From: a virus
Taxonomy: Duplodnaviria > Caudoviricetes
Virus record (IMG/VR): IMGVR_UViG_3300005805_000372
Location: 1-27,482 of that record
DNA length: 27,482 nucleotides
Strand: one strand, 5' to 3'
Positions 19,476 through 27,482 of the stretch are shown piece by piece. The notes beneath the pieces are model-generated. The model was not told the origin of the DNA. It did no database searches and worked only from the letters and a program-made list of their open reading frames with translations. The translations under genes and the position numbers were made by a program. The stretch's first letter is position 1. Each line of letters begins with the position of its first letter.

Positions 19476-20384
19476 ATGGCAATTGGCAGCTATGGAACTA
19501 TAAGACCTAGTGATGTTTCACCCGAAGATGTGGAAATAATATTAAATTATACTCCCACAAGGGATGCTACGGATGAATTTATATTAACCAAGTTGGATGC
19601 TCCGACTATTTTAAGACCATATTTTGCGAATTCAGAAACAGGTGGAAATCCTGGAGTAGAAATATTGGGTGGTTTATATAATCTTACATTACCGGCAGAA
19701 CAGTTTAATGCTTTAGGTATTTATACATTATATATTAGACCTGCTGAGATAAGAACAACAATAACAGATTGTGGAGTATTAACCGCCCTACCTAACGTAA
19801 AGGGTATAATTATTGATTTGGCAAATGTACCAAATCAATATTTGAATAAATTCGTACCTCAAGGATTGGTTGGTTTCAGAGTTGAATACCTAAATCCTGA
19901 TGGATCGAAAATACCAAATTTCTTTAGAATAATTACATCTTCATTTTATTGTGAACCCGTAATTACAAATGAAGTGAATACTTCACAAAAAGGAATCAGA
20001 TATAGATATGTCGATGGTAATTCAAACTTAATTTTTTGTACGGTATCACCATCATCTTCACCAACAAATAGACCGAATGCAACACCGTATATTGGTCAAC
20101 CAAACCAAAACATTATCATAACGAATACTTTTTTCAATCCCGTAAGTGTAGAAATTGAAATGATAGAATATGATGTTTCTTCTTTAGCAATTGCACTCTA
20201 CGGAAATCAAACCAAGTCAATTGACGATGGTATTTACACTATCTATGACTCAGAAAATAATATTTACAGACAATATAATCTATATGAAATTAGAGACCAA
20301 TTCAACGCTCTTCTATATGAAGTGAGACAAAGTAGAGGTGGTAATATTGATTTCAGTAAAAGTTTTGCGAATATAACAAGTTAA
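19476..20384 (+). CDS. Hypothetical putative baseplate/virion protein (302 aa)
   Basis: Clean ORF with an A-rich leader. TAATG coupling to the next gene. Confidence 0.72.
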   Translation: MAIGSYGTIRPSDVSPEDVEIILNYTPTRDATDEFILTKLDAPTILRPYFANSETGGNPGVEILGGLYNLTLPAEQFNALGIYTLYIRPAEIRTTITDCGVLTALPNVKGIIIDLANVPNQYLNKFVPQGLVGFRVEYLNPDGSKIPNFFRIITSSFYCEPVITNEVNTSQKGIRYRYVDGNSNLIFCTVSPSSSPTNRPNATPYIGQPNQNIIITNTFFNPVSVEIEMIEYDVSSLAIALYGNQTKSIDDGIYTIYDSENNIYRQYNLYEIRDQFNALLYEVRQSRGGNIDFSKSFANITS

Positions 20385-23365
20385 TGGCAGAAACACCACG
20401 AAATAAATTTTTCTATCCACCAAGACCAGGGAATGGAGCAGGTACATTTTCCGACAACATTGTTGGATTACAAACCGTTGAGGGTGGGGGTTTGACTCAG
20501 GGTAATTTTGAGTTTACAACAGGAGTTACAGAGAAGGTAAATCGTAATTTTAACGTAGGTGCTTTTTCTGAGCCAATTAATTTGGATATGATGAATATCG
20601 ATGGATTGGAGGAGAGTAGAAGGATATTAGCAACCCAATTTAGAGTTTTTCCAAATTATGACCTAACACAAGTTGTTAATTTTACAATGTATGGGTCTTT
20701 ATCCGAAAGATTCCGTGTCTCAACAACAAAAATAATTCATCAATTTCCGGCCTCATTAGATATACAATACTTAAATGATAATTTCATAACTGGTGCAACT
20801 GCTCAGGATATAAGTTATAATGGATTAAATAATGAGACATTTTTTAGAATTAATGTTAATAGAATAAATAACCCATTTGCAATTGATTATAGTGAAAATG
20901 CAACCAATAATATATCGCTTAGAGAAATTGAAGTTTCACCATATAGAAATCTTAATAATACCTATTTAGAATATTGTGTTGCAATTAACGATAATATATA
21001 TAACATAATTTCTTTTACTCCATCTCAAACATTGAGTAGTGGATTTATTGAGTTTTATGTTCAAGGCGCTCCATTTGGTACAACAAGTTTAGAGATATTT
21101 GAAGACTATCAAATTAGACCAAATGATTTTATTGTTGATAAAGTATTTGCGGAAAACTTTGACGAAGTTGAAAAATTTTTATTGAACCGATTAGTTACAC
21201 CTGAATATACAGCTATTTTCCAAATACCAAGTCAATCAGAAAACGGACAATTTTATACTGCTTATCAAGAAGTTACATGGCCTAAAGATGGTGGTTGGAA
21301 TCTGGATATTAGGTCAGATTCATTCGACCAATATCTTCAACAACTTCAGGATATTGCAATTGAATTTGATTCGTTCAAAACTAATTTAATTTCAAGATTT
21401 TTTGTAACTGACTCATTAAAAGAATTCGATACGTTGGGACAAAAAGTTGAGAAAATTTTCCAAATTTATGGTAGGAGTTTTGACCAAATAAAACAATTTA
21501 TAGATTCATTGGCATACATGAATTCTGTAAATTATAACGTCGGTAATGATATACCTTCCCAATTGCTTGTGAATTTATCACAAACACTAGGTTGGTCATC
21601 AAACTTTTCTCCGATTACCGATGAGGATTTTTTAAGTTCAGTTTTTGGTAATACCTCGACACCAACCTACCCAGGTTATGCTAGAGCTCTGACACCCACG
21701 GAATTAAATTACGCTTTTTATAGAAACTTGATATTGAATTCTGCGTATCTATTCAAATCTAAAGGAACAAGAAGATCTATAGAATTTTTGATGAGATTAA
21801 TTGGTGCTCCTGAATCACTAGTAGAGTTCAACGAACATATATATGTTGCGGATCAAAAAATAAATTTAGACCAATTCTACACCCAATGGGCTCAAATATC
21901 TGGAGGGACCTATGTTCAAGAAACACCTGAGTTTGTTCCTGGTAGCACATATAAAATAAAGGGACAAACTTTTACTGCAATAACAACAAACACAAGCTTC
22001 GAAGATATTACTGTTTCTCTTTCAGAATATCCTATGGATATACAAGGATACCCAAAAGCGCCGCCTGATACTGAATCTTACTTTTTTCAATTAGGTGCAG
22101 GATGGTACGAAACTACTCCTCAGCATAGAAGTCCTGATATGATTCAACTTACAGGACAAGTTTTTACGGGACAAAACTTTGATATTCAAACCCAACTAAT
22201 GCCTTTCACATACGGACAACTTTATTTAGATAGATTTAGACGGTTTCCTTATATGAATGAGGGATTCAAATTACAAAAGGTTATAGATAATAAAAAGTCA
22301 TGGTTAGAAGAAGATAATAGATTGAGAGTTTCAACTGATGCTGATTATAATGCTTATTATTTTGTTGATAATGAAAAATTAGTATTAAATGTAAAAAACA
22401 TAGATTTATACTTAAATCCTGGACAGGGATTGGTTTATGATGTATGGGATGAATCAAGACGGTATGACTATCCGATTCCAGAGTCAGGGTTAACTATAAA
22501 TTATCCTGTTCCTGGTGGTGTTGATTCTACATTTATAAAACCCGAACCTAAGAAAAAAACCTTTTTTGAGTTTTATCAGACATTTTGGGAGAACATGATT
22601 AATGTAAGAAATAGACAATACATATCTGATGGTAAAACTGGGGGTTACCCAACTTTACAATCTATATGGTGGAAATACATTGAATCTGAACAAACTGTAA
22701 ACCTACCAAATAACAAATATACATATCAAAAATTAATAGATTATGTAAACGGTATTGGGCCATATTGGATGAAACTAGTAGAACAAATGATTCCTGCAAC
22801 AACAATATGGAACACAGGAACTAGGTTTGAAAACTCAGTGTTACATAAACAAAAATTTGTTTACAGAAGACAAAGAGGATGTCAATTTGTTCCAATTCCC
22901 GCAAAACCTTGTTTCATCATAACAAGTATATACAACTATAGTTGTTCAGTGGAATTTGTTGATTTTTACATTTATCCATGGTTGAATGGGGATATAAATG
23001 TGAATAATTTTCAGAGTATTCTAGCGAATAGAATTGAAAATTATCTATCCACAAGTGGTTTAACCTTGAATGATTGTATTCAAGATTCAGTTCAGTCTAG
23101 CTGGTTTGTTGACCTAAAAATTGGAGAAGAACAAATTATATTAAATAATTTCTACGTTGGTTATGGATACACAGATGTACCAACCGATGAAGATTGGAGT
23201 GATGCGTTAACTTCGAGTTTACCCAATCTTTATAATTATGGATTTAATTTTATTTTAGAGAATGATTTCTTGACCATTAGTAGTCAAACACTCAGTCCAC
23301 CAAATTTGGGAGATTCAGTCTCTCTAAATGTTGGAATAAACATAAGTATAAGTTGTAATAGTTAA
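20384..23365 (+). CDS. Putative baseplate wedge protein, T4 gp7 / P2 gpI-like, extended
   Basis: IPSQLLVNLSQTLGW...YRNLILNSAYLFKSKGTRRSIEFLMRLIG resembles the L..LA..LGW...KGT...I core of P2 gpI/gp7-type proteins. Context with gp25 and gp6 supports this. Confidence 0.6.
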   Translation: MAETPRNKFFYPPRPGNGAGTFSDNIVGLQTVEGGGLTQGNFEFTTGVTEKVNRNFNVGAFSEPINLDMMNIDGLEESRRILATQFRVFPNYDLTQVVNFTMYGSLSERFRVSTTKIIHQFPASLDIQYLNDNFITGATAQDISYNGLNNETFFRINVNRINNPFAIDYSENATNNISLREIEVSPYRNLNNTYLEYCVAINDNIYNIISFTPSQTLSSGFIEFYVQGAPFGTTSLEIFEDYQIRPNDFIVDKVFAENFDEVEKFLLNRLVTPEYTAIFQIPSQSENGQFYTAYQEVTWPKDGGWNLDIRSDSFDQYLQQLQDIAIEFDSFKTNLISRFFVTDSLKEFDTLGQKVEKIFQIYGRSFDQIKQFIDSLAYMNSVNYNVGNDIPSQLLVNLSQTLGWSSNFSPITDEDFLSSVFGNTSTPTYPGYARALTPTELNYAFYRNLILNSAYLFKSKGTRRSIEFLMRLIGAPESLVEFNEHIYVADQKINLDQFYTQWAQISGGTYVQETPEFVPGSTYKIKGQTFTAITTNTSFEDITVSLSEYPMDIQGYPKAPPDTESYFFQLGAGWYETTPQHRSPDMIQLTGQVFTGQNFDIQTQLMPFTYGQLYLDRFRRFPYMNEGFKLQKVIDNKKSWLEEDNRLRVSTDADYNAYYFVDNEKLVLNVKNIDLYLNPGQGLVYDVWDESRRYDYPIPESGLTINYPVPGGVDSTFIKPEPKKKTFFEFYQTFWENMINVRNRQYISDGKTGGYPTLQSIWWKYIESEQTVNLPNNKYTYQKLIDYVNGIGPYWMKLVEQMIPATTIWNTGTRFENSVLHKQKFVYRRQRGCQFVPIPAKPCFIITSIYNYSCSVEFVDFYIYPWLNGDINVNNFQSILANRIENYLSTSGLTLNDCIQDSVQSSWFVDLKIGEEQIILNNFYVGYGYTDVPTDEDWSDALTSSLPNLYNYGFNFILENDFLTISSQTLSPPNLGDSVSLNVGINISISCNS

Positions 23366-23367
23366 GG

Positions 23368-25500
23368 ATGCCGATTTTCAATTATAATCTTTCAGTCACA
23401 GGGGATTGCTCGAATACTAATTCGGGTTCAATAAGTATATCTTTGAACGGAGGAACTGCTCCATATACTGTAGAGTTTATCAGTCCAATAACTAATGTAT
23501 TTATTGATGTTTATAATGATCCAGTTGTTGTCACAGGTCTATATTCTGATGTATATTACGTTAGAGTGAACGACAGTACTCTCCCTACAAACTCAGAGTA
23601 TTATATTAACATACCGATTTCAAATGGAGTTTGTGCTACCATTTTAAGTGTTAATGATTCTACTTGTGGGTTGGACAATGGGTCAGTCACCGGTACATCT
23701 ACTTCATTGTATTCATCCACTAACTATTTTTTATATGATAATGATGATAATTATATAACATCTGCAATAACAAATAGTTCTATCGTAGAGTTTGTATCCT
23801 TAAGTGCGGGGACTTATTATATAGTTGCTGATGATTTAGGTGGTTGTACGGGTAGAACATCGAATTTTATTATTAACGATTCTGGACCATTTGACTATGG
23901 CCTGTATGTTGTCCCAAATTCTAGTTGTAATGGACTTCCATTCGGTAAAATAATTATAACTGGACTAACTGGAGTTTCACCATATACCTATCTTTGGAAC
24001 AATGGTCAAACTGGAGATACCATTACAGGTCTAACATCAGGAACATATACCGTTGAAGTGACGGATTCAACAGGATGTCAGAAAACGGAATCTGGCACTG
24101 TGACTGATAGTCCTCCTATGGGTTTAGCATTTTTTGATGCTACACCACCAACCTGTTTCGAAAATAATGGTAGTTTGACTTTGAATATTACGGGGGGTAC
24201 CGGACCTTTCTATTATTCTGCGACTACTGGGAATTTTAGTGTGTCGTACAGTCAAAGTTTCACCCTTACAGGATTATCCGCAGGATTTTATGGATTTCAA
24301 GTCACAGATGCAACGTTATGTGTTTTTCAAACCGACACAACTTTAGGTTCAGACGGGGGGATAAATTCGGTAATCATTACTGGAACAAATTCAAGTTGTT
24401 CCAATAGTGATGGATCGATTTTGATTGTTATTGAAGGTGGACAATCGCCATATACATATGTGTTAGTATATCCGGATAGTACAAATCAAACAGTGAGTAC
24501 TAACTCGACAACATACCAATTTAACAACTTAAATAGTGGTACCTACACAATAATAATAGAAGATGCAACAGGTTGTTTATATACTCAAGAAGTACTGATT
24601 ATATCTGAGTCCAAATTTGTTGTATCAACACAGGTTACAGGTACAACATGTAATCTACCTAATGGGACTATAAACGTTACAAGTTTCACTGGATTTACAT
24701 CACCGCTAGATTATTCGTTAGATGGTATACAGAATATTATAGACACAAATTTATCAGCAATAACCTTCTCAAATGTTTCATCAGGACAACATACTATTAG
24801 TGTTACTGATGCTGATGGATGTTCTATTACCAAACAAGTAGTTGTACCTGGAAGTATTCCATTGAATTACACATTATACACTACATCTTGTGGTAGTGGT
24901 AACAATGGTACTATTACAGCGTTCATTTCATCAGGAACTCCACCATTCAATTTTCAATGGTCAAATAATATTATTGGTAATCCTCAAGAAATTCAGGTGA
25001 CTAATTTAACAGGAGGGACTTATACTTTGACCATAACTGATGATGAGGGATGTTCTTTAACAAGATCTACAACAATTTCTTGTGACAACAACTCGACATC
25101 ATATCAGACATATGTTATGGGGTCTGAAGAATTTACAATCGATTCTCCTACAAAATGTGGATTACAACAAATGTTAAATGAAGGATTTCAAGATTTAATT
25201 GAAGGAAACTATAGTTGTAATTTAGTTTCGGCAACCTTCACGGCACAGGTTTCAGTAATTCCACTTGGACTTTCAGGTTCTGAGATATTTTATACGTCAA
25301 CAGCCCTTGACGATATTCCATCCGACGAATTATGGTATGATACTATTTATGCTCTTTTGATGTCAATCCCAGGGGTCTATAAAGTTATTATAGATGCGCC
25401 TAATAATGTTATTAAAATAGAAAGTGATCCTGCGGATACGTCTTTAGTGAATCAAGAAATTATTCTTGAAGTCAAAATAAATTACAATATAAATTGTTGA
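23368..25500 (+). CDS. SprB-repeat (Ig-like) protein, putative tail or baseplate appendage
   Basis: Seven units of about 80 aa matching C...G.I....GG..PY.Y.W...L..G.Y...V.D..GC, for example GVSPYTYLWNNGQTGDTITGLTSGTYTVEVTDSTGC. No signal peptide is evident. Confidence 0.8.
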   Translation: MPIFNYNLSVTGDCSNTNSGSISISLNGGTAPYTVEFISPITNVFIDVYNDPVVVTGLYSDVYYVRVNDSTLPTNSEYYINIPISNGVCATILSVNDSTCGLDNGSVTGTSTSLYSSTNYFLYDNDDNYITSAITNSSIVEFVSLSAGTYYIVADDLGGCTGRTSNFIINDSGPFDYGLYVVPNSSCNGLPFGKIIITGLTGVSPYTYLWNNGQTGDTITGLTSGTYTVEVTDSTGCQKTESGTVTDSPPMGLAFFDATPPTCFENNGSLTLNITGGTGPFYYSATTGNFSVSYSQSFTLTGLSAGFYGFQVTDATLCVFQTDTTLGSDGGINSVIITGTNSSCSNSDGSILIVIEGGQSPYTYVLVYPDSTNQTVSTNSTTYQFNNLNSGTYTIIIEDATGCLYTQEVLIISESKFVVSTQVTGTTCNLPNGTINVTSFTGFTSPLDYSLDGIQNIIDTNLSAITFSNVSSGQHTISVTDADGCSITKQVVVPGSIPLNYTLYTTSCGSGNNGTITAFISSGTPPFNFQWSNNIIGNPQEIQVTNLTGGTYTLTITDDEGCSLTRSTTISCDNNSTSYQTYVMGSEEFTIDSPTKCGLQQMLNEGFQDLIEGNYSCNLVSATFTAQVSVIPLGLSGSEIFYTSTALDDIPSDELWYDTIYALLMSIPGVYKVIIDAPNNVIKIESDPADTSLVNQEIILEVKINYNINC

Positions 25501-25502
25501 CG

Positions 25503-25748
25503 ATGAATATTATTGTCATCGAGGGAATTTCCGCAGTCACATATCCTGTACAAGTTTATATTTCAGATATTTATGGAAATTACAGTACGTATTTAGGTAA
25601 CATAAATCCTGGACCAGTACCACCACAAGTTGAATATACAAATGAAATACCTGAGGTTTTTAATAACGCACCTATAATAAAATTAACATTAAATGACGAT
25701 AATGATTGTGAAATTTACTCAGAATTGATTCGTCAAATTGATGTGTAA
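25503..25748 (+). CDS. Small hypothetical protein, paralog of the N-terminus of the next gene
   Basis: ATG at 25503 is preferred over TTG 25494. Shares T(Y/F)PV.V...DIYGN...G....PVPPQV....IP..FN.A..I.L.L.D.N.CE with 25763..26341. Confidence 0.75.
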   Translation: MNIIVIEGISAVTYPVQVYISDIYGNYSTYLGNINPGPVPPQVEYTNEIPEVFNNAPIIKLTLNDDNDCEIYSELIRQIDV

Positions 25749-25762
25749 AAATTAATTTTACT

Positions 25763-26341
25763 ATGAATCAGATAGTAATTAATTACATGACAGGATGTAC
25801 CTTTCCTGTTAACGTGTTTGTTGCGGACATTTATGGTAATAATAGATCTATCATAGGTACTGTCACTAGTCCTGTGCCACCACAAGTTTTTTTTGATGTA
25901 ACTATCCCTCCAATATTTAATGGTGCGGACAAGATAATGTTAATCCTTATTGATGCAAATGGGTGTGAAGTATTCAAGATTTTGGAGGCAACATCTCCTT
26001 CATTCCAAGTTTGTCTAATATTCCAAGACGGAGTGGAATTTGGAACGCAAGGAAGTCCACCGTTGTATATACCAGATCAAGTTTGTGCTCAACAAACCGC
26101 GACAGGATATATTATAAATATTGGTGACACAATTGAATTAAATTCTTGTTCGGATACTAATTATATAATAAATGTTTATAGTGCAGTTGATGGATGGGAT
26201 AGTGTAATTAGTTTGTATTACGAGCCTGAAATGAATTTACCTTTCGTTGGAAACAATCTATGGTATAAAACCGAAAGTAATAACATTCTTTTACAAATAA
26301 ACGACGAAGGTTATGTTGTAAATAAATTCACATGTTCCTGA
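25763..26341 (+). CDS. Hypothetical putative virion protein (192 aa)
   Basis: The N-terminal ~75 aa are paralogous to the upstream ORF, followed by an extra C-terminal region. Confidence 0.75.
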   Translation: MNQIVINYMTGCTFPVNVFVADIYGNNRSIIGTVTSPVPPQVFFDVTIPPIFNGADKIMLILIDANGCEVFKILEATSPSFQVCLIFQDGVEFGTQGSPPLYIPDQVCAQQTATGYIINIGDTIELNSCSDTNYIINVYSAVDGWDSVISLYYEPEMNLPFVGNNLWYKTESNNILLQINDEGYVVNKFTCS

Positions 26342-26372
26342 TAAAAACTATAAAATATCTTGAGAGTCAATA

Positions 26373-26380
26373 TATTTATA
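26373..26380 (+). promoter_or_regulatory. Candidate late-promoter motif TATTTATA
   Basis: Ends 4 nt before the ATG at 26385. Confidence 0.45.
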
Positions 26381-26384
26381 GGTT

Positions 26385-27482
26385 ATGGCAACAAAGATTA
26401 CTGAATTAGGGTTAATATCATCTGGAAGTCCTAATGATAGATTATACATTGTGAGTTATGAATCTGGTTGGCCCGGTTCAAACACGTCTTTAGGAACATC
26501 TTATCAAATAGCATTTTCATCATTAACAGAACAGTTGAGTGGAGCGACTGGTGATAGATACAAAACAACTTCATCAAGTAGTTTTACATTAGGAAACTCG
26601 GGAACAATTACAGTTGAAGCTGGATTATCATATTCTACAGCTCAATCAATTATAATCGCATTCGATGTTAATAATTACCAAGAGTCTGAAGTTATTTCTT
26701 ATGACCCTGTTACAGGAATTTTACAATTTACATCACCGACCACAACGGTAGGTTCTGGAACATATTCTTCTTGGGTTGTAAATTTAGATGGAGCGACTGG
26801 TGCGGATGGTTCAAGTGGTACATCAGGATCTAGTGGGTCATCTGGTACCAGTGGAACATCAGGAAGTAGTGGTACCAGTGGAACATCAGGAAATAGTGGT
26901 ACCGATGGTACTTCTGGTTCTTCTGGGACATCAGGTAGTAGCGGCACAAGTGGAAGTTCAGGAACTTCAGGAAGTAGTGGTACTAGCGGGTCTAGTGGAG
27001 ATAAATATAAAACTTCGTCAAACTCCAATTTTACTTTAGGTAATTCTGGTACTATAACTGTTGATACCGGACTTGCATATACACCGGCACAGTCTATAAT
27101 AATAACTTACGACGTTTCGAACTTTCAAGAGTGTGAGGTTATAAGTTATGATACAAACACGGGTAGTTTACAATTCGGTACGCCATCAAGAACTGTAGGT
27201 GGTGGTACTTATTCTTCGTGGTTTGTTAATTTGGATGGTGCTAGTGGGGGAGATGGATCGAGTGGAACCTCAGGTTCGAGTGGAAGTTCTGGTACATCAG
27301 GTACGGATGGTTCAAGTGGAAGTTCAGGTACATCAGGTACGGATGGTTCAAGTGGAAGTTCTGGTACATCAGGAACAGATGGTTCAAGTGGAAGTTCTGG
27401 TACATCAGGAACGGATGGTTCAAGTGGAAGTTCTGGTACATCAGGAACAGATGGTTCAAGCGGAAGTTCTGGTACATCAGGA
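26385..27482 (+). CDS. Collagen-like (Gly-X-Y) fibre protein, 3'-truncated; not in the ORF track
   Basis: My translation from ATG 26385 reads MATKITELGLISSGSPNDRLYIVS... with no stop before the window end. It has two copies of an 81-aa domain, each followed by a GSS/GTS/GTD triplet run. Confidence 0.9.
   Translation, partial: MATKITELGLISSGSPNDRLYIVSYESGWPGSNTSLGTSYQIAFSSLTEQLSGATGDRYKTTSSSSFTLGNSGTITVEAGLSYSTAQSIIIAFDVNNYQESEVISYDPVTGILQFTSPTTTVGSGTYSSWVVNLDGATGADGSSGTSGSSGSSGTSGTSGSSGTSGTSGNSGTDGTSGSSGTSGSSGTSGSSGTSGSSGTSGSSGDKYKTSSNSNFTLGNSGTITVDTGLAYTPAQSIIITYDVSNFQECEVISYDTNTGSLQFGTPSRTVGGGTYSSWFVNLDGASGGDGSSGTSGSSGSSGTSGTDGSSGSSGTSGTDGSSGSSGTSGTDGSSGSSGTSGTDGSSGSSGTSGTDGSSGSSGTSG
26550..27239 (+). 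repeat. Diverged intragenic duplication of an 81-codon domain (26550-26792 and 26997-27239)
   Basis: GDRYKTTSSSSFTLGNSGTITV...YSSWVVNLDG versus GDKYKTSSNSNFTLGNSGTITV...YSSWFVNLDG. Ungapped, 58 of 81 residues identical by hand count. Confidence 0.92.
27291..27482 (+). repeat. 36-bp coding tandem repeat (GTSGTDGSSGSS)n
   Basis: Unit GGTACATCAGGWACRGATGGTTCAAGYGGAAGTTCW starts at 27291, 27327, 27363, 27399 and 27435, with a partial copy at 27471. No spacers. Confidence 0.95.

Noticed and set aside
26699-27477. Track ORFs 26699..27028 (-), 26788..27039 (+) and 27241..27477 (-)
   Set aside because: They are shadow frames of the low-complexity collagen gene starting at 26385.
27291-27482. 36-bp repeats as a CRISPR array
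   Set aside because: The units are head-to-tail with no spacers, vary only at synonymous positions, and encode in-frame Gly-X-Y. No cas genes are present.

Overview
An AT-rich, gene-dense segment with every real gene on the + strand. It is most consistent with a large tailed dsDNA phage with a contractile tail, probably infecting Bacteroidota. The left part (1-8451) is a metabolism and replication block: a truncated HNH endonuclease, dTDP-glucose 4,6-dehydratase, a DUF1599/Nmad1-like protein, a SAM-methyltransferase-like protein, a 5'-3' exonuclease, a hypothetical protein, a DnaB/gp41-like helicase, and class Ia ribonucleotide reductase nrdB-nrdA. An intrinsic terminator follows at 8459-8491. 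The right part (8524-end) is a baseplate/tail block: gp25-like, gp6-like, several large unknown virion proteins, a gp7/P2-gpI-like protein, a seven-repeat SprB-like protein, two small paralogs, and a collagen-like fibre gene that runs off the end and is absent from the ORF track. The most notable points are the SprB-repeat protein sharing a C-terminal domain with the neighbouring baseplate protein, the proline-free Ser/Thr collagen fibre near sugar-modifying genes, a TATTTAT motif in the structural intergenic gaps, and a long candidate hairpin at about 10832-10925. All family assignments come from motif recognition by eye, not from database searches.
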